Below, piece after piece: positions 28,157 to 38,145 of a stretch of 64,000 nucleotides of DNA. Within the stretch, counting starts at the first letter, position 1, and every line of letters starts with the position of its first letter. The notes under the pieces are model-generated. The model was not told where the DNA came from. It ran no database searches and saw only the letters and a program-made list of their open reading frames with translations. Source of the stretch: Deltaproteobacteria bacterium (GTDB lineage: Bacteria > UBA10199 > GCA-002796325 > JACPFF01); the NCBI GenBank assembly GCA_016183065.1, contig JACPFF010000017.1, positions 57,550 to 121,549 of the forward strand, written 5' to 3'. Both the position numbers and the translations under genes were made by a program.

Positions 28157-28851
28157 AGGACGCCGCCGTACTCCTCCTCTCTGGCGGGCTCGATTCCGCG
28201 GTCAATGCCGCGCTTGCCGTGCGGCAACATGTCGCCGTGCATGCCGTGACGTTCGATTATGGCCAACGGGCCGGGGCGCGCGAGATAGCGGCCGCGCGAA
28301 CCATGGCGACGCACTATGGCATGTCACATGCCGTGATCGCACTGCCGTGGATGGCCGAGCTTTCCGCCTCGGCGCTGGTCGATTCCGCACGCGCCCTCCC
28401 CGAGTTTCGGGAGCGTTCGTCGCTGGATGATCCCGAACGGACGTCCGCCAGTGCGGCGCAGGTCTGGGTCCCCAATCGTAACGGCTGTTTTTTGAATATT
28501 GGCGCGGCCATTGCCGAGGCCAATGGCTGGTCCTGGATCGTTGCCGGATTCAATGCCGAAGAGGGAAAGACCTTTCCGGATAATACCGCGGCATTTGTCG
28601 ACAAAGTCAATGCCGTGCTCTCCATGACCATCGCGCGACCGGTGCGTGTGGTGAGTTACACCCAGACCATGACCAAACGTGAGATTGTGAAGACGGCCAT
28701 GACACTCCATCTCCCCATTGAGTGTTGTTGGCCGTGCTACGCCGACTCCGAGGAGTGGTGCGGTGTGTGTGAATCATGTGCCCGGTTTCGTCGGGCCCTG
28801 CAAGAGAGTGGGTATGCACAGCCACTGGATTTCGCAAACGATCCCGTATGA
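28153..28851 (+). CDS. queC: 7-cyano-7-deazaguanine synthase
   Basis: LLLSGGLDS PP-loop. C-terminal Zn-binding CWPCYADSEEWCGVCESC. Confidence 0.9.
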   Translation: MKDAAVLLLSGGLDSAVNAALAVRQHVAVHAVTFDYGQRAGAREIAAARTMATHYGMSHAVIALPWMAELSASALVDSARALPEFRERSSLDDPERTSASAAQVWVPNRNGCFLNIGAAIAEANGWSWIVAGFNAEEGKTFPDNTAAFVDKVNAVLSMTIARPVRVVSYTQTMTKREIVKTAMTLHLPIECCWPCYADSEEWCGVCESCARFRRALQESGYAQPLDFANDPV

Positions 28852-29371
28852 CGGATCGCAGCTGCGGTCACACTGGATCTACGAGGCGACGGGATCTCTC
28901 GGCGATGCCATTGCGGCATGGTGCGGGCCGGCCCGCGTGGATGCCACACATATGGTCGATCTGGAGGATCGGGCATCGAAGGCCTGGATTGAGAGCCGAT
29001 CGATGTTGCATTTCCTGATCGAACATTTTGCGATGGATCTTTTGCAGGCCATTGTGTGGCAGCGCCTCCTGGTGGCGATCGCGCGGGAAGAGCTGGGGCA
29101 TCGCGTCAGAGACTCCCGGTTCCGCCGATGTGGCAATGATCTCTTCGATGGAGACGCCAAACTCTCCGTGTCGATTGCGACCGTGTCGCCGGTCTCGGCC
29201 ATGGTGCATTTTGGGATCAACATCATCAGCGACGGAACGCCCGTGCCCACGCGCGGTCTGACCGAGTATGCGATTGATCCGGTGACGTTCGCGCACACCG
29301 TGATGGAACGGTACTGTGACGAAGTCCGTTCCTCTATCCGCGCCAGCGCCAAGGTCCGTGCCGTCAGATAG
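28814..29371 (+). CDS. Hypothetical protein downstream of and overlapping queC 3' end
   Basis: Codon-biased open frame (GC3-rich). No recognisable motif. Start uncertain (28814 or 28952). Confidence 0.35.
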   Translation: MHSHWISQTIPYDGSQLRSHWIYEATGSLGDAIAAWCGPARVDATHMVDLEDRASKAWIESRSMLHFLIEHFAMDLLQAIVWQRLLVAIAREELGHRVRDSRFRRCGNDLFDGDAKLSVSIATVSPVSAMVHFGINIISDGTPVPTRGLTEYAIDPVTFAHTVMERYCDEVRSSIRASAKVRAVR

Positions 29372-29396
29372 GGTCTTGTAGGATGCTGATCCTCAG

Positions 29397-29426
29397 AAAA
29401 CGTGAACGCAAGAAAACGTGAACGCA
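29397..29426 (+). repeat. Tandem direct repeat 2 x GAAAACGTGAACGCA upstream of the FNR-like gene
   Basis: Exact 15-bp unit repeated head-to-tail. Candidate regulator binding site. Confidence 0.5.
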
Positions 29427-29473
29427 CCATAAACGGTTGCATTCTCCGATTGGGGGGTCTAGACCTCGCCGCC

Positions 29474-30181
29474 ATGCCACTCATCACCTGCCAGAGCCGC
29501 GTTGCGGCGGTTCGCACATTGACGCACGATGTCCGCGAGTTGACCTTTGCGTTGACCGATCCACCGGCATTTCCGTTTCTTGCCGGACAATATGTGGCCT
29601 TTCGGGCCCCGGCGCCGGACAAACCGAAGGGGGCCTCGCGACTCTACTCCCTCTGTTCGCCCCCGTCAGAAGAGGGAACGCTCCGGGTCGTCTATAATTT
29701 TGTCGGTGGACCGGGGACGGCGTACCTTCACACCTTGAACGTCGGAGACGCCGTCGAGTTCAAGGGGCCGTCGGGCAAGTTTCTCTTTCAGACCGAGTCA
29801 ACCCGCGACGCCCTTTTCGTCGCCACGGGGACTGGTATTGGGCCGTTTCGGAGCATGCTGCTCGAATATCTCCAGACCATGCACCAACGAAAGTTGACCG
29901 TGTTGTGGAGTGTCCGACAGGAACGGGATCTCTATTATCAGGATGAATTTCGGGCGCTAGAGCAGCGCTATCCGCACTTTCGTTTCTGCATGACCCTGAC
30001 ACGGCCCACCGGGGACTGGCAAGGGTTGCGCGGCCGGGTCACGGCCATCTTCCCAGAACATTTTCCGTCGGTCGACAATCTGGAGGTCTATGTCTGCGGA
30101 CATGAGAACATGATCACGCAGATGCAGCAGCTCTGCGACGCGCGTGGCGGCTGTCCCTTCTATCGCGAGATCTATTATTGA
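29474..30181 (+). CDS. Ferredoxin-NADP reductase-family oxidoreductase (FAD/NAD(P)-binding)
   Basis: RLYSLCSPP (R-x-Y-S FAD motif), VATGTGIGPFRSML NAD(P) motif, C-terminal ...CGHENM. Confidence 0.75.
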   Translation: MPLITCQSRVAAVRTLTHDVRELTFALTDPPAFPFLAGQYVAFRAPAPDKPKGASRLYSLCSPPSEEGTLRVVYNFVGGPGTAYLHTLNVGDAVEFKGPSGKFLFQTESTRDALFVATGTGIGPFRSMLLEYLQTMHQRKLTVLWSVRQERDLYYQDEFRALEQRYPHFRFCMTLTRPTGDWQGLRGRVTAIFPEHFPSVDNLEVYVCGHENMITQMQQLCDARGGCPFYREIYY

Positions 30182-30230
30182 AATCGGGTACGTCATACGG
30201 TTTGTAGCTATTTGGAATTTAAAGTGTTTT

Positions 30231-31757
30231 TTAGGTGTTTCCTGATGTTTGAGGTGCCGGTTGTTGACGACGCTGGCGCATACCATGCACAATGCAAACG
30301 CCAAGGAAGAGGATCGCGGCAAGTTTCAGATGATAGCCGCCATGCCGATAGAGTGAAAAGGGACGATGTTTCGCAATGTCATATTGTGCAATGCCGGCGG
30401 TTTCCAGCGGGAGTGTCTTCTGTTCATTGCCGAGGGGATCGACAAACATGGTCATGCCGGTGTTGGTGTCCCGCGCGACCGTGATACGATTCTCCAGGGC
30501 CCGCAAGACCGTCAAGTCCTTGTGGTAGCGCAGCGCCGTGGTTCTGCCGTACCACCCGTCATTGCTGATCTCGACGATGAAATCGACGTTCTCTGCTGCG
30601 GATGCGCGCATGTATGAGCCGCGAATGCTCTCGTAGCAGATCACCGGTGCGAAACGGAATGTCGGTCCTTCGAAGACGCGCGCGCCCGGGCCACGGCCAA
30701 AATGTCCCACGCGGGACGGCGACCATTTGCGCAAGCTGGGAATCACGCTTTCGAACGGGATATATTCGCCGAATGCGAGCAGGACATGCTTGCGATAGTG
30801 TTGCACATCGGTCGTGTCGGGTCGGAGCAAGGTCGCGGCATTGTAGATCTGCCAGTCGGGGGCCTCCGTCGATGCATAATCGCTGTTCCCGAAGAAAAGT
30901 GCGCTGCGCCATTCTTTGACCCGCCGGCGCAGGTATTCTTGGAGGCCGCGGTCATGGTGAAAGTCGATAGGAAGCGTCGATTCCGGCCAGACAATCAGGG
31001 CGGGCGACTGGCCGCTTGCCACACCGGAGAGCTGGCTCAAACGCCGGATCGCATCGTCCGAGAATTGGCGATCCGCTTTTTGTGCGGAATTGAGATTCGG
31101 CTGAATCAGTGCCACACGGACCCGCGGTGCCCTGGCGAGATCGGTGGCGACATCATAGCTGCGCGCCATGCCGTATGCGAGGAGCGCCAGGAGGATTCCC
31201 GCACACACCCGGGCACTGCGGACAATACGTCGTGTACGGACGACTTCATAGACCGCATAGTTGGTGGCAAAGAGGAAGCAATCAAGGCCGAATGTGCCGA
31301 AAAGATCAACGCCTTGGACCAGTGGCCACCAATAGCGTACGAGGAGAGTGAAATCCCAGAAGAAGAGGGCGGGAATCAGATGCCATGCGACGCTCATGCA
31401 GAGGGCGAAGAGGAGCGCGTGCGGCACGCGGATGAGGTCGCGCAACCATCGGAAGAGGGCAAACCCGACAGACCCTTGCCAGATATTGAACAGCGCAAAC
31501 ATCGGAATGAGGAGCACGGCGAGCCAGCGCGGCAGTCCCCCGAAATGAAAGGCCACATGCGCGACCCAATAATAGGCGCCGATCGCGACCAAAAAAAAGA
31601 GGACGACACTCCAGCCGATCCAGGCGCGTACAGGGCGGCGATCGAGGACGAGGAGTGCCGGGACCAGGACCATGAGGGCGAGCCACTGAAACGACGGGAG
31701 CAACGAGATGCCGACGATCAACGCCGCGCTCCCCACAATCCCGACCAGTGTTTTCAT
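30231..31757 (-). CDS. lnt: Apolipoprotein N-acyltransferase
   Basis: N-terminal polytopic region plus C-N hydrolase domain with VICYE catalytic Cys motif and ALIVWPE. Confidence 0.85.
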   Translation of the reverse strand: MKTLVGIVGSAALIVGISLLPSFQWLALMVLVPALLVLDRRPVRAWIGWSVVLFFLVAIGAYYWVAHVAFHFGGLPRWLAVLLIPMFALFNIWQGSVGFALFRWLRDLIRVPHALLFALCMSVAWHLIPALFFWDFTLLVRYWWPLVQGVDLFGTFGLDCFLFATNYAVYEVVRTRRIVRSARVCAGILLALLAYGMARSYDVATDLARAPRVRVALIQPNLNSAQKADRQFSDDAIRRLSQLSGVASGQSPALIVWPESTLPIDFHHDRGLQEYLRRRVKEWRSALFFGNSDYASTEAPDWQIYNAATLLRPDTTDVQHYRKHVLLAFGEYIPFESVIPSLRKWSPSRVGHFGRGPGARVFEGPTFRFAPVICYESIRGSYMRASAAENVDFIVEISNDGWYGRTTALRYHKDLTVLRALENRITVARDTNTGMTMFVDPLGNEQKTLPLETAGIAQYDIAKHRPFSLYRHGGYHLKLAAILFLGVCIVHGMRQRRQQPAPQTSGNT

Positions 31758-31760
31758 CGG

Positions 31761-32315
31761 TTACCTGTTGTACCGCTTCTTGATGGGGACGGGCATGGTC
31801 TCCCGCAGACAGGCGTCCTTGCAAATGGGACAGTCCTCCGGTCCTTCGCAGGTGGGCCGCCCGGCCCAGAACGCGCGCAAGACCTGCTCGGCACACGGGT
31901 CATTAGAGGTCATGAACCGGAGAAAGTCGAGCAGACGCGCCCCGGTTTCGCTGCTGATCAGGTGTTCGATTTTGCACGTGTCGACCTCGGCCTGGTGCGG
32001 TTTCACGAGGAGGATCTCTTCAAGGAACCGGCGGAGGACGACCTTTTTCCCGACGATCTCTCCGGCGATCTGCTCTCCCTTTTCGGTCAGCCGGACAAAT
32101 TTGTTCGGATCTTCCTTGACGAAATTCTTGTCGATCAAGGTACGCAGGCCGATGGAGGCGCTGGACCTTGCGATGTTCAGTTTTTTGGCGACATCGGTAA
32201 TCCGTGCATAGCCCTGTTCCATGATCAAATCACGGACCGCAATGAGGTAATGGGCCATGCTGTGCGTCAGTTCGTTGGCCTCGAACTCTTTCCAGACTTC
32301 CAAATCCGGCGTCAT
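31761..32315 (-). CDS. DtxR/MntR-family metal-dependent transcriptional regulator with Cys-rich C-terminal tail
   Basis: LTHSMAHYL...ARITDVAKKLNIARSSASIGLRTL HTH and dimerisation/metal-site region. C-terminal C-x6-C-x2-C-x3-C. Confidence 0.75.
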   Translation of the reverse strand: MTPDLEVWKEFEANELTHSMAHYLIAVRDLIMEQGYARITDVAKKLNIARSSASIGLRTLIDKNFVKEDPNKFVRLTEKGEQIAGEIVGKKVVLRRFLEEILLVKPHQAEVDTCKIEHLISSETGARLLDFLRFMTSNDPCAEQVLRAFWAGRPTCEGPEDCPICKDACLRETMPVPIKKRYNR

Positions 32316-32518
32316 GTGTATGACCTATAATGTTGCCCTTGGACCTCGTCAACAAAGATCGATCTGGGTCACTTGCGGGCGCTGTCGATACGGTTTCTCC
32401 GGTGCAGGATGGTTGGCATTCGGGGTGCTCATGGGGGGCGGTGTCTGGAGCGGAAGTTGCGCTCCAGGTTGGCGCTCATTGCGTTGCCGGTCGTTTTTCC
32501 TCTCATTGATTTTCTTGA

Positions 32519-32583
32519 TATAGTATTTCAACGTTTCATGAGTACAAATGTGCTCATGAAACGTTAGAAATACTTATGGTACC
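32519..32583. repeat. AT-rich 65-nt imperfect palindrome, copy 2 (inverted orientation relative to copy 1), in the divergent promoter region of the DtxR-family regulator
   Basis: AGTATTTCAACGTTTCATGAGTAC-aaat-GTGCTCATGAAACGTTAGAAATACT, with flanks matching the reverse complement of 12186-12250. Confidence 0.7.
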
Positions 32584-32900
32584 GTAAGACGCATGTACTC
32601 AGGAAAAATTAACGCACCATAATATACGCCCGCATTGGTTGTCGCCTTCCTCATAAATAGTATCGGCATTTTTTGGAAAAAGTTGTCCAGTGAGGCCTCT
32701 GTCAGGCATTCTCAAGACCCGTTGAAATGTACCACGCCCTGCAAAAAAATCAGGTGAATTCCGACCCATTTTTTGCTGTTTCTGATTTGTAACTTATCGA
32801 AAATATTAAATGTTTCATTCCGTATCGTCTGGAGCCTTTCTTGCAGTACCTTAATCACGGACGCTGCAGTTCTTTTGATCGTCACGAAAGGGGTGTTGCC

Positions 32901-35063
32901 ATGAGAACAACTATCTTGTGTCAATGGGTACCACGGGTTGTAATGGGACTCCTCTGGTTGGGGATCATTGCGTGCGGCTCGCCGGTCGAACGAGCCACGG
33001 GGGGCGATGCGCTCAGTGCGGATACGATCACCGTCACTGGCACGGTCAAGGTGCCGACCACGACCTCGGCAAGCCTCTCGAAGGGACTGGCCAAGGCCGT
33101 GACCGAGGCGACAGAGGGAGGGGTCGAGCTCTGCTTCTATAGCACCGCCGGGGTCCAGCTGGCGTGTGGAACGACCGACGCCAATGGGGCCATCTCGGTC
33201 GCCATCGATCAAAAGACCGCCTTGGGTGAATTTCCGGGAGCCAGTCCCGTGCTCCAAGGGACACTCGCCGGGACGACCGTCAGTCGAAAGGCGCTCATTT
33301 CGAGCACGCTCTCGTCCTCCACGGTGAGTGCCGGGACGCTTGATGCCACGACCACCTATGCGGCAGAGCTCCTGACCGATGGCGAGGCGAAAATTACGGC
33401 ATTTCCCTCTGCGGAAAAAATCCTGGCCACGAAGGCCCTCTTTGGACAAGAGACCAGTTCAGGAAATGGCGCCATTTTTTCACTGACAAAGAGGATGCTC
33501 GATGGTTTTTATGCCGCCGGTGGAAAGCCCACTGATTGCGGTGTCGCAGGGCCTGGGAAGCTCTTTCAGGCCGTCAATAGTGGCAATACCAGTGTCCTCG
33601 ACTGTCTCAGCACGATCGCCTCGGATCTCGTTGGCGTCGACGCGAGTACGATGAAAAGTACGGTCCGAAATTTTGCCACCGTTGGACCGCAGATGTTGAC
33701 GGGTCTTGAGTCGCTCATGACCACCATGACCCAGGCAGACTGGAAGGGCGATTTTCTCTCCGATGAAACATTCCGCAATGGCATGATGGGACCGATGCTG
33801 GCCGCCGATTTTATGAATGACGCTACTTCTGCCGAGACATTTAACGCAGAAAAGGGATGGCAGGCGTTTGGCGGATTTTATTACGACAAGAAACAGAACA
33901 GTCCCGAGACTCTTAGCACGTTTCTCGATGAAGAGAAATGGGCAGCGATGGAATCGTACGTGACCCAACAGAAAGATGTCTTTGCGAGCAAGACCTGGTC
34001 GGCCTCGGAATTTGACGTCATGGAGACCTTCATGCATTCGGCAGAGTCCAATGCGGGGTCCCTGAGTGCCATCAAGGATTATATGAAAAACTCGGCCACG
34101 CTGCTCTTGAACAGTACCAATGGGGTCAATGACTTTTATTCCAACGGGACACTCGATACCAGTCTGTTCATGGCATGGGAGGCCCAGGCCTTATCGGGAT
34201 CGGCCATCACCAACTCGGTGATCACGACATTTATCGATCAGAAGGATCTGCTTGCGCAGGCCTATGATCGGTCGTGTTCCGACAGTTCACTGACGCCACT
34301 GCAAAGGTATCAATGTCTCCAGACCGTGGAGGTTGATGGCGACCAGGATAGCGGAGGCGGCGACAGTGGGGGTGGCAGTGGCGTGAACCCGTTTGTCTCC
34401 GGTGGGACCTTGACGGTCGATCAGGCCTCCGCCGGTACTCTTGCAACTGCCGGGACGACAATTACCTTTGCCTTCGCGCCCAGCAGTACGGGTAGCTATA
34501 CGGTGTTGGCGAGCGCCGTGACGCTCGGTGGGGCGGCCACTGGACTTCTCTATAATAGTATCTCGGTCTCCTCAAATAGTTCATGTCAGAGTGGCTTTGT
34601 CTATACCCTCACAGCAGGACGGAGCTATCAGGTGATCGTCACCGCGGCCCCGAACACGTCGCCGACCACCGGGACGTTCCGTGTGATTGCGCAGAGTGGT
34701 GACCAGTGTGTGCAACCACCGGCGGAGGAGAATGTCATCACAATCGGTGGAGCGCCTGCGGAAGGGACCATTGCGACCGTGGGTGCGACCGTGACACTTT
34801 CACTGACGCCTGCATCGACCGGCCTTCTCACCATCGCGTATATCGCAGGACAGCCCGGGATGGTGGCCGGTGTGACGATCCAGGTCCTGAATGGGGGGAG
34901 CGAAGTGACCTCCTCGGGATCCTGTGCAGGACGCATCGTCTATTCTCTCACGGGTGGGACCACATATTCCGTGCGTGTTCGGGCATCCGATTATGTCTCT
35001 CCAAGCACCGGAACCTTTGCTGTGGCGGCAGCGACCGGCGACCTGTGTAGCGGTGGTCGATAA
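32901..35063 (+). CDS. Large lipoprotein, hypothetical, with two C-terminal repeated beta-sandwich-like modules
   Basis: Signal plus lipobox LGIIACGSP from ATG 32901 (RBS AAAGGGG). Internal duplication ...TGTFRVIAQSGDQC / ...TGTFAVAAATGDLC. Confidence 0.55.
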   Translation: MRTTILCQWVPRVVMGLLWLGIIACGSPVERATGGDALSADTITVTGTVKVPTTTSASLSKGLAKAVTEATEGGVELCFYSTAGVQLACGTTDANGAISVAIDQKTALGEFPGASPVLQGTLAGTTVSRKALISSTLSSSTVSAGTLDATTTYAAELLTDGEAKITAFPSAEKILATKALFGQETSSGNGAIFSLTKRMLDGFYAAGGKPTDCGVAGPGKLFQAVNSGNTSVLDCLSTIASDLVGVDASTMKSTVRNFATVGPQMLTGLESLMTTMTQADWKGDFLSDETFRNGMMGPMLAADFMNDATSAETFNAEKGWQAFGGFYYDKKQNSPETLSTFLDEEKWAAMESYVTQQKDVFASKTWSASEFDVMETFMHSAESNAGSLSAIKDYMKNSATLLLNSTNGVNDFYSNGTLDTSLFMAWEAQALSGSAITNSVITTFIDQKDLLAQAYDRSCSDSSLTPLQRYQCLQTVEVDGDQDSGGGDSGGGSGVNPFVSGGTLTVDQASAGTLATAGTTITFAFAPSSTGSYTVLASAVTLGGAATGLLYNSISVSSNSSCQSGFVYTLTAGRSYQVIVTAAPNTSPTTGTFRVIAQSGDQCVQPPAEENVITIGGAPAEGTIATVGATVTLSLTPASTGLLTIAYIAGQPGMVAGVTIQVLNGGSEVTSSGSCAGRIVYSLTGGTTYSVRVRASDYVSPSTGTFAVAAATGDLCSGGR

Positions 35064-35194
35064 GGTGTGATGCCGGAAGTTTGGGAGAAGGGGCACCAAC
35101 ACCCCTTCTCCCCAAGATGTTTTATCCCTCCGACAATTCTCCTCGGTCGAGCAGAGAGTTTCGCGCATGGCAAGGAAAAAGTGTGGCACTTCTG

Positions 35195-35267
35195 TGGAGC
35201 AGAAGGGGATCGAACCCTCGACCTCCACGTTGCGAACGTGGCGCTCTCCCAGCTGAGCTACTGCCCC
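35195..35267 (-). tRNA. tRNA-Ala (anticodon CGC)
   Basis: Reverse complement reads GGGGCAGTAGCTCAGCTGGGAGAGCGCCACGTTCGCAACGTGGAGGTCGAGGGTTCGATCCCCTTCTGCTCCA. G3:U70 Ala identity pair, anticodon loop TTCGCAA, T-loop GGTTCGATCC. CCA not encoded. Confidence 0.9.
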
Positions 35268-35361
35268 AGAACCCCGCTATTTCCTGCCGCGCGGGCAACC
35301 CACAATATTCCGTACCGGCTCTTAATTGGAATGAACAGGTGGGGCAATAGGAAAAATGCGA

Positions 35362-35937
35362 CTACCCTTTTTCCCGCCGTGCGAGCCAGAAACCGCAGCC
35401 GCCAATGAGGAGCATCAGGGCGATGGCGATGTTGTAGAGCATGGCGAGCGGGGATTGGTAGAGGGTGATGGCCATCCCTGTCTGGAATTCCTGTCGTGAC
35501 CCCACCGAGAGATAGCGGTTGAGGACGGGGAGCAAAATAACGCCACTGGCCAATAGTAGAGACACGGCAATTGGCCAATAGGCGGCGTTTCGCAGCCGAC
35601 GGCGCAACCCCCAGTCAAATCCCCAGAGAAAGAGGAGATAGTAAGAAGCCACGGCGATGCACATGATCGGGAAATGGACGGTCGCACTCCACTCCGAAGC
35701 ATGGACGATATACATCCACATCCAGTCGGGATACCAGAGATACGCGACCATGGCGGCGATATTGAAAATCGTGACGGTCGCGAGTCCCCATCGGAAGGCG
35801 CGCGTATGCTGAATGGGCCGGGCGCTGGCCAACGGTAATGCGCAGGCAAAGAGATATCCAAGAAAAAGAAGAAAGGGTGGGTCGACAAAGAGTGTGAGGA
35901 GCATAGGAGAACCTCCATTGGCATGATTCCCGCGCAA
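35362..35937 (-). CDS. Hypothetical integral membrane protein (about 6 TM)
   Basis: Highly hydrophobic 191-aa product. No motif recognised. Confidence 0.5.
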   Translation of the reverse strand: MRGNHANGGSPMLLTLFVDPPFLLFLGYLFACALPLASARPIQHTRAFRWGLATVTIFNIAAMVAYLWYPDWMWMYIVHASEWSATVHFPIMCIAVASYYLLFLWGFDWGLRRRLRNAAYWPIAVSLLLASGVILLPVLNRYLSVGSRQEFQTGMAITLYQSPLAMLYNIAIALMLLIGGCGFWLARREKG

Positions 35938-35952
35938 ACGGGAATCGATTGA

Positions 35953-37011
35953 TTACAACCACCCTGCCTGTTCGTACCACTTCACCGTTTCTTGGAGGCC
36001 GATTTTGACATCGGGATAGCGAAATACGTATCCGATCGACTTGAGTTTCTCATTGGAAAACCAGAGGTCAATACCGAGCAATTTCACCGCCTGGGTTTCA
36101 ATCGCCGGTCGTTGTTTCGTGATCCGGCAGATTTGCCGCATGCAGAATCCCGCGACATAGGCGCATTGTCGCACCAGCCACATCGGAATCGGCATGACCC
36201 AATATGCGCGATAACCGTGCGTGCCGGAAATGATCCGGATGATCTCGGCGAGGCTGTAGCTGGAGTCATCGACGACGTTATAGGCCTCGCCAATCGTGTC
36301 ATTGCGCTCTGCGATGTAGCGTGCGGCCTCGCAGACATCGATGACGTGACTGAACGGGATGCGCGAGGTAAAATTTTTTGGAATGCGGGGCCTCCTGGTC
36401 TTGGCAAATTGAAAGATCATCTGTGCGCCGCCGTAAACGCCGCGCGGACCATAGACGGTAAAGGGGCGGATGAGGCTCACCTGCAGGCCGAGGTACCGGT
36501 GCATGTCGAGGACGAGTTGTTCCTGATGCCATTTGGATCGGAGATATCGATTGGCGGGCGCCTGCTTCCCGGTTTCGTCGATCGGCTCTTCGAGGAGGAG
36601 TCCCGGCGGCTTGGTCGCGTAGATCCCGCCGGCGCCCCACACAACAACGCGCGCGGATTTTCGGTGGGCAATGATGGCCTCGCAGAGATTGCGTGTGGCC
36701 TCGACATTGATTTTGTAGAGCGTCTCCCATGGCGCGGAATAACTAAAGAGGCCGGCCACGTGAAAGACGAAGTCGACGTCGGTGAGCAGTTCACGGAGTC
36801 CTTCGAGGTGGGTGAGATCGGCCGGGATGATTTCAGCGCCTGCTCCGCGTATCACGCTCGGAAAACGACCGCGGAGGCGGTCGTCGCGCATGAGGGCATC
36901 GGGATGGTCGGTGGCACGGACACGATGACCTGCCCGGACGAGTGTCTCGACCATGTGGGTGCCCGTGAATCCCGCGGCACCGGTGACCAAACTGAGCGGA
37001 CGGTCACTCAT
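35953..37011 (-). CDS. NAD-dependent epimerase/dehydratase family protein (SDR fold)
   Basis: N-terminal Rossmann VTGAAGFTGTHMVETL. YxxxK-type active-site region. Confidence 0.75.
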   Translation of the reverse strand: MSDRPLSLVTGAAGFTGTHMVETLVRAGHRVRATDHPDALMRDDRLRGRFPSVIRGAGAEIIPADLTHLEGLRELLTDVDFVFHVAGLFSYSAPWETLYKINVEATRNLCEAIIAHRKSARVVVWGAGGIYATKPPGLLLEEPIDETGKQAPANRYLRSKWHQEQLVLDMHRYLGLQVSLIRPFTVYGPRGVYGGAQMIFQFAKTRRPRIPKNFTSRIPFSHVIDVCEAARYIAERNDTIGEAYNVVDDSSYSLAEIIRIISGTHGYRAYWVMPIPMWLVRQCAYVAGFCMRQICRITKQRPAIETQAVKLLGIDLWFSNEKLKSIGYVFRYPDVKIGLQETVKWYEQAGWL

Positions 37012-37080
37012 GCGCCCGCTCTAGCGTGTCCCGGAGACGGTGTAAAGGTGGCAGCGAACCAGATGCATCGTGTATCCTGT

Positions 37081-38145
37081 TCAGGTGGGTGTGGCGATCT
37101 GCCGTAGCCGCATAAGGGCCCATCGCGCATGTTCCTGGATCAGCGGATCCGGATCGTGGGCCGCGGTCTCCAAGAGGGGGATCGTGTTGCGGTCGCCGCT
37201 GTTACCGAGGGCGACAGCGACATTGCGCAAAAAACGATTTCGCTTGAGGCGTCGAATCGGTGAGTGGCGGAAACGGCTGCGGAACTGTTCTTCTGTCATC
37301 GTGATGCATTCACGGAGGAGTGGTTGCAGATTTTCGGCGCGCGGCTGAAATTCCGGCTCGCGTGTTGGCCGTGCAAAACGGTTCCAGGGACAGACGTCCT
37401 GGCAGAGATCGCATCCATAAATATGATTCCCCATCAGTGGACGTAATGTTTCCGGAATCGCTCCCGTGTGTTCGATGGTGAGATAGGAAATGCACCGTCG
37501 TGCATCGAGTTGATAGGGTGCAATAATGGCCCGGGTCGGACAGATATCAATGCATCGTCGGCAATGCCCGCACGTCGGCATGGCACGCCCGCTTTGCGGG
37601 ATCTGCTCCGGGGAAATGGTCGGCGATGTCAAGGTCGTCACGATCGATCCAAGAAAGAGCCAGGAGCCGCGATGTGGGTCGATCAGATTGGTATGCTTCC
37701 CCTGCCATCCCAGACCCACCTTGGCTGCCCACGGTTTTTCCATCACGGGGCCGGTATCGACATAGGCAATGCCCTCAGCGCCCGCATCGCGTGCGCACAG
37801 GTCGTGGAGCAGGGCGCGCAAACGGGGCAAAAGAATCCGATGATAGTCTGTCCCGCGTGCATAGCGGGAAATCCGCCCATGGGTCGGCGCTGCACAGGGG
37901 GTCGGCTCGGTGAAGTAATTGCACGTTACACAGATCATGGTCTTGGCAAGTGGCACTATGCGCCGTGGATCCGCGCGGCGTGCCGGATCCCGTGCCATCC
38001 ATGCCATATCGCCGTGATGCTCGCGGGAGAGCCAGTGGTGTAGCCGCTCGGCGAGTGTCGGGTCGATTGCGAGCGGGGTCCATCCAATGCTCGTGAATCG
38101 ATGGGCCTCGGCACGGGCGCGAAGATATGTCCCCCAGTCAAACAT
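37081..38145 (-). CDS. queG: tRNA epoxyqueuosine(34) reductase
   Basis: Two 4Fe-4S motifs CGHCRRCIDICPTRAI and CDLCQDVCPWNRF. C-terminal HEAT-like PLIQEHARWAL. Start placed 4 nt after upstream gene stop. Confidence 0.75.
   Translation of the reverse strand: MFDWGTYLRARAEAHRFTSIGWTPLAIDPTLAERLHHWLSREHHGDMAWMARDPARRADPRRIVPLAKTMICVTCNYFTEPTPCAAPTHGRISRYARGTDYHRILLPRLRALLHDLCARDAGAEGIAYVDTGPVMEKPWAAKVGLGWQGKHTNLIDPHRGSWLFLGSIVTTLTSPTISPEQIPQSGRAMPTCGHCRRCIDICPTRAIIAPYQLDARRCISYLTIEHTGAIPETLRPLMGNHIYGCDLCQDVCPWNRFARPTREPEFQPRAENLQPLLRECITMTEEQFRSRFRHSPIRRLKRNRFLRNVAVALGNSGDRNTIPLLETAAHDPDPLIQEHARWALMRLRQIATPT

Noticed and set aside
35270-35360. Possible second tRNA next to tRNA-Ala
   Set aside because: No cloverleaf could be folded from 35270-35360. 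Only one tRNA is supported.
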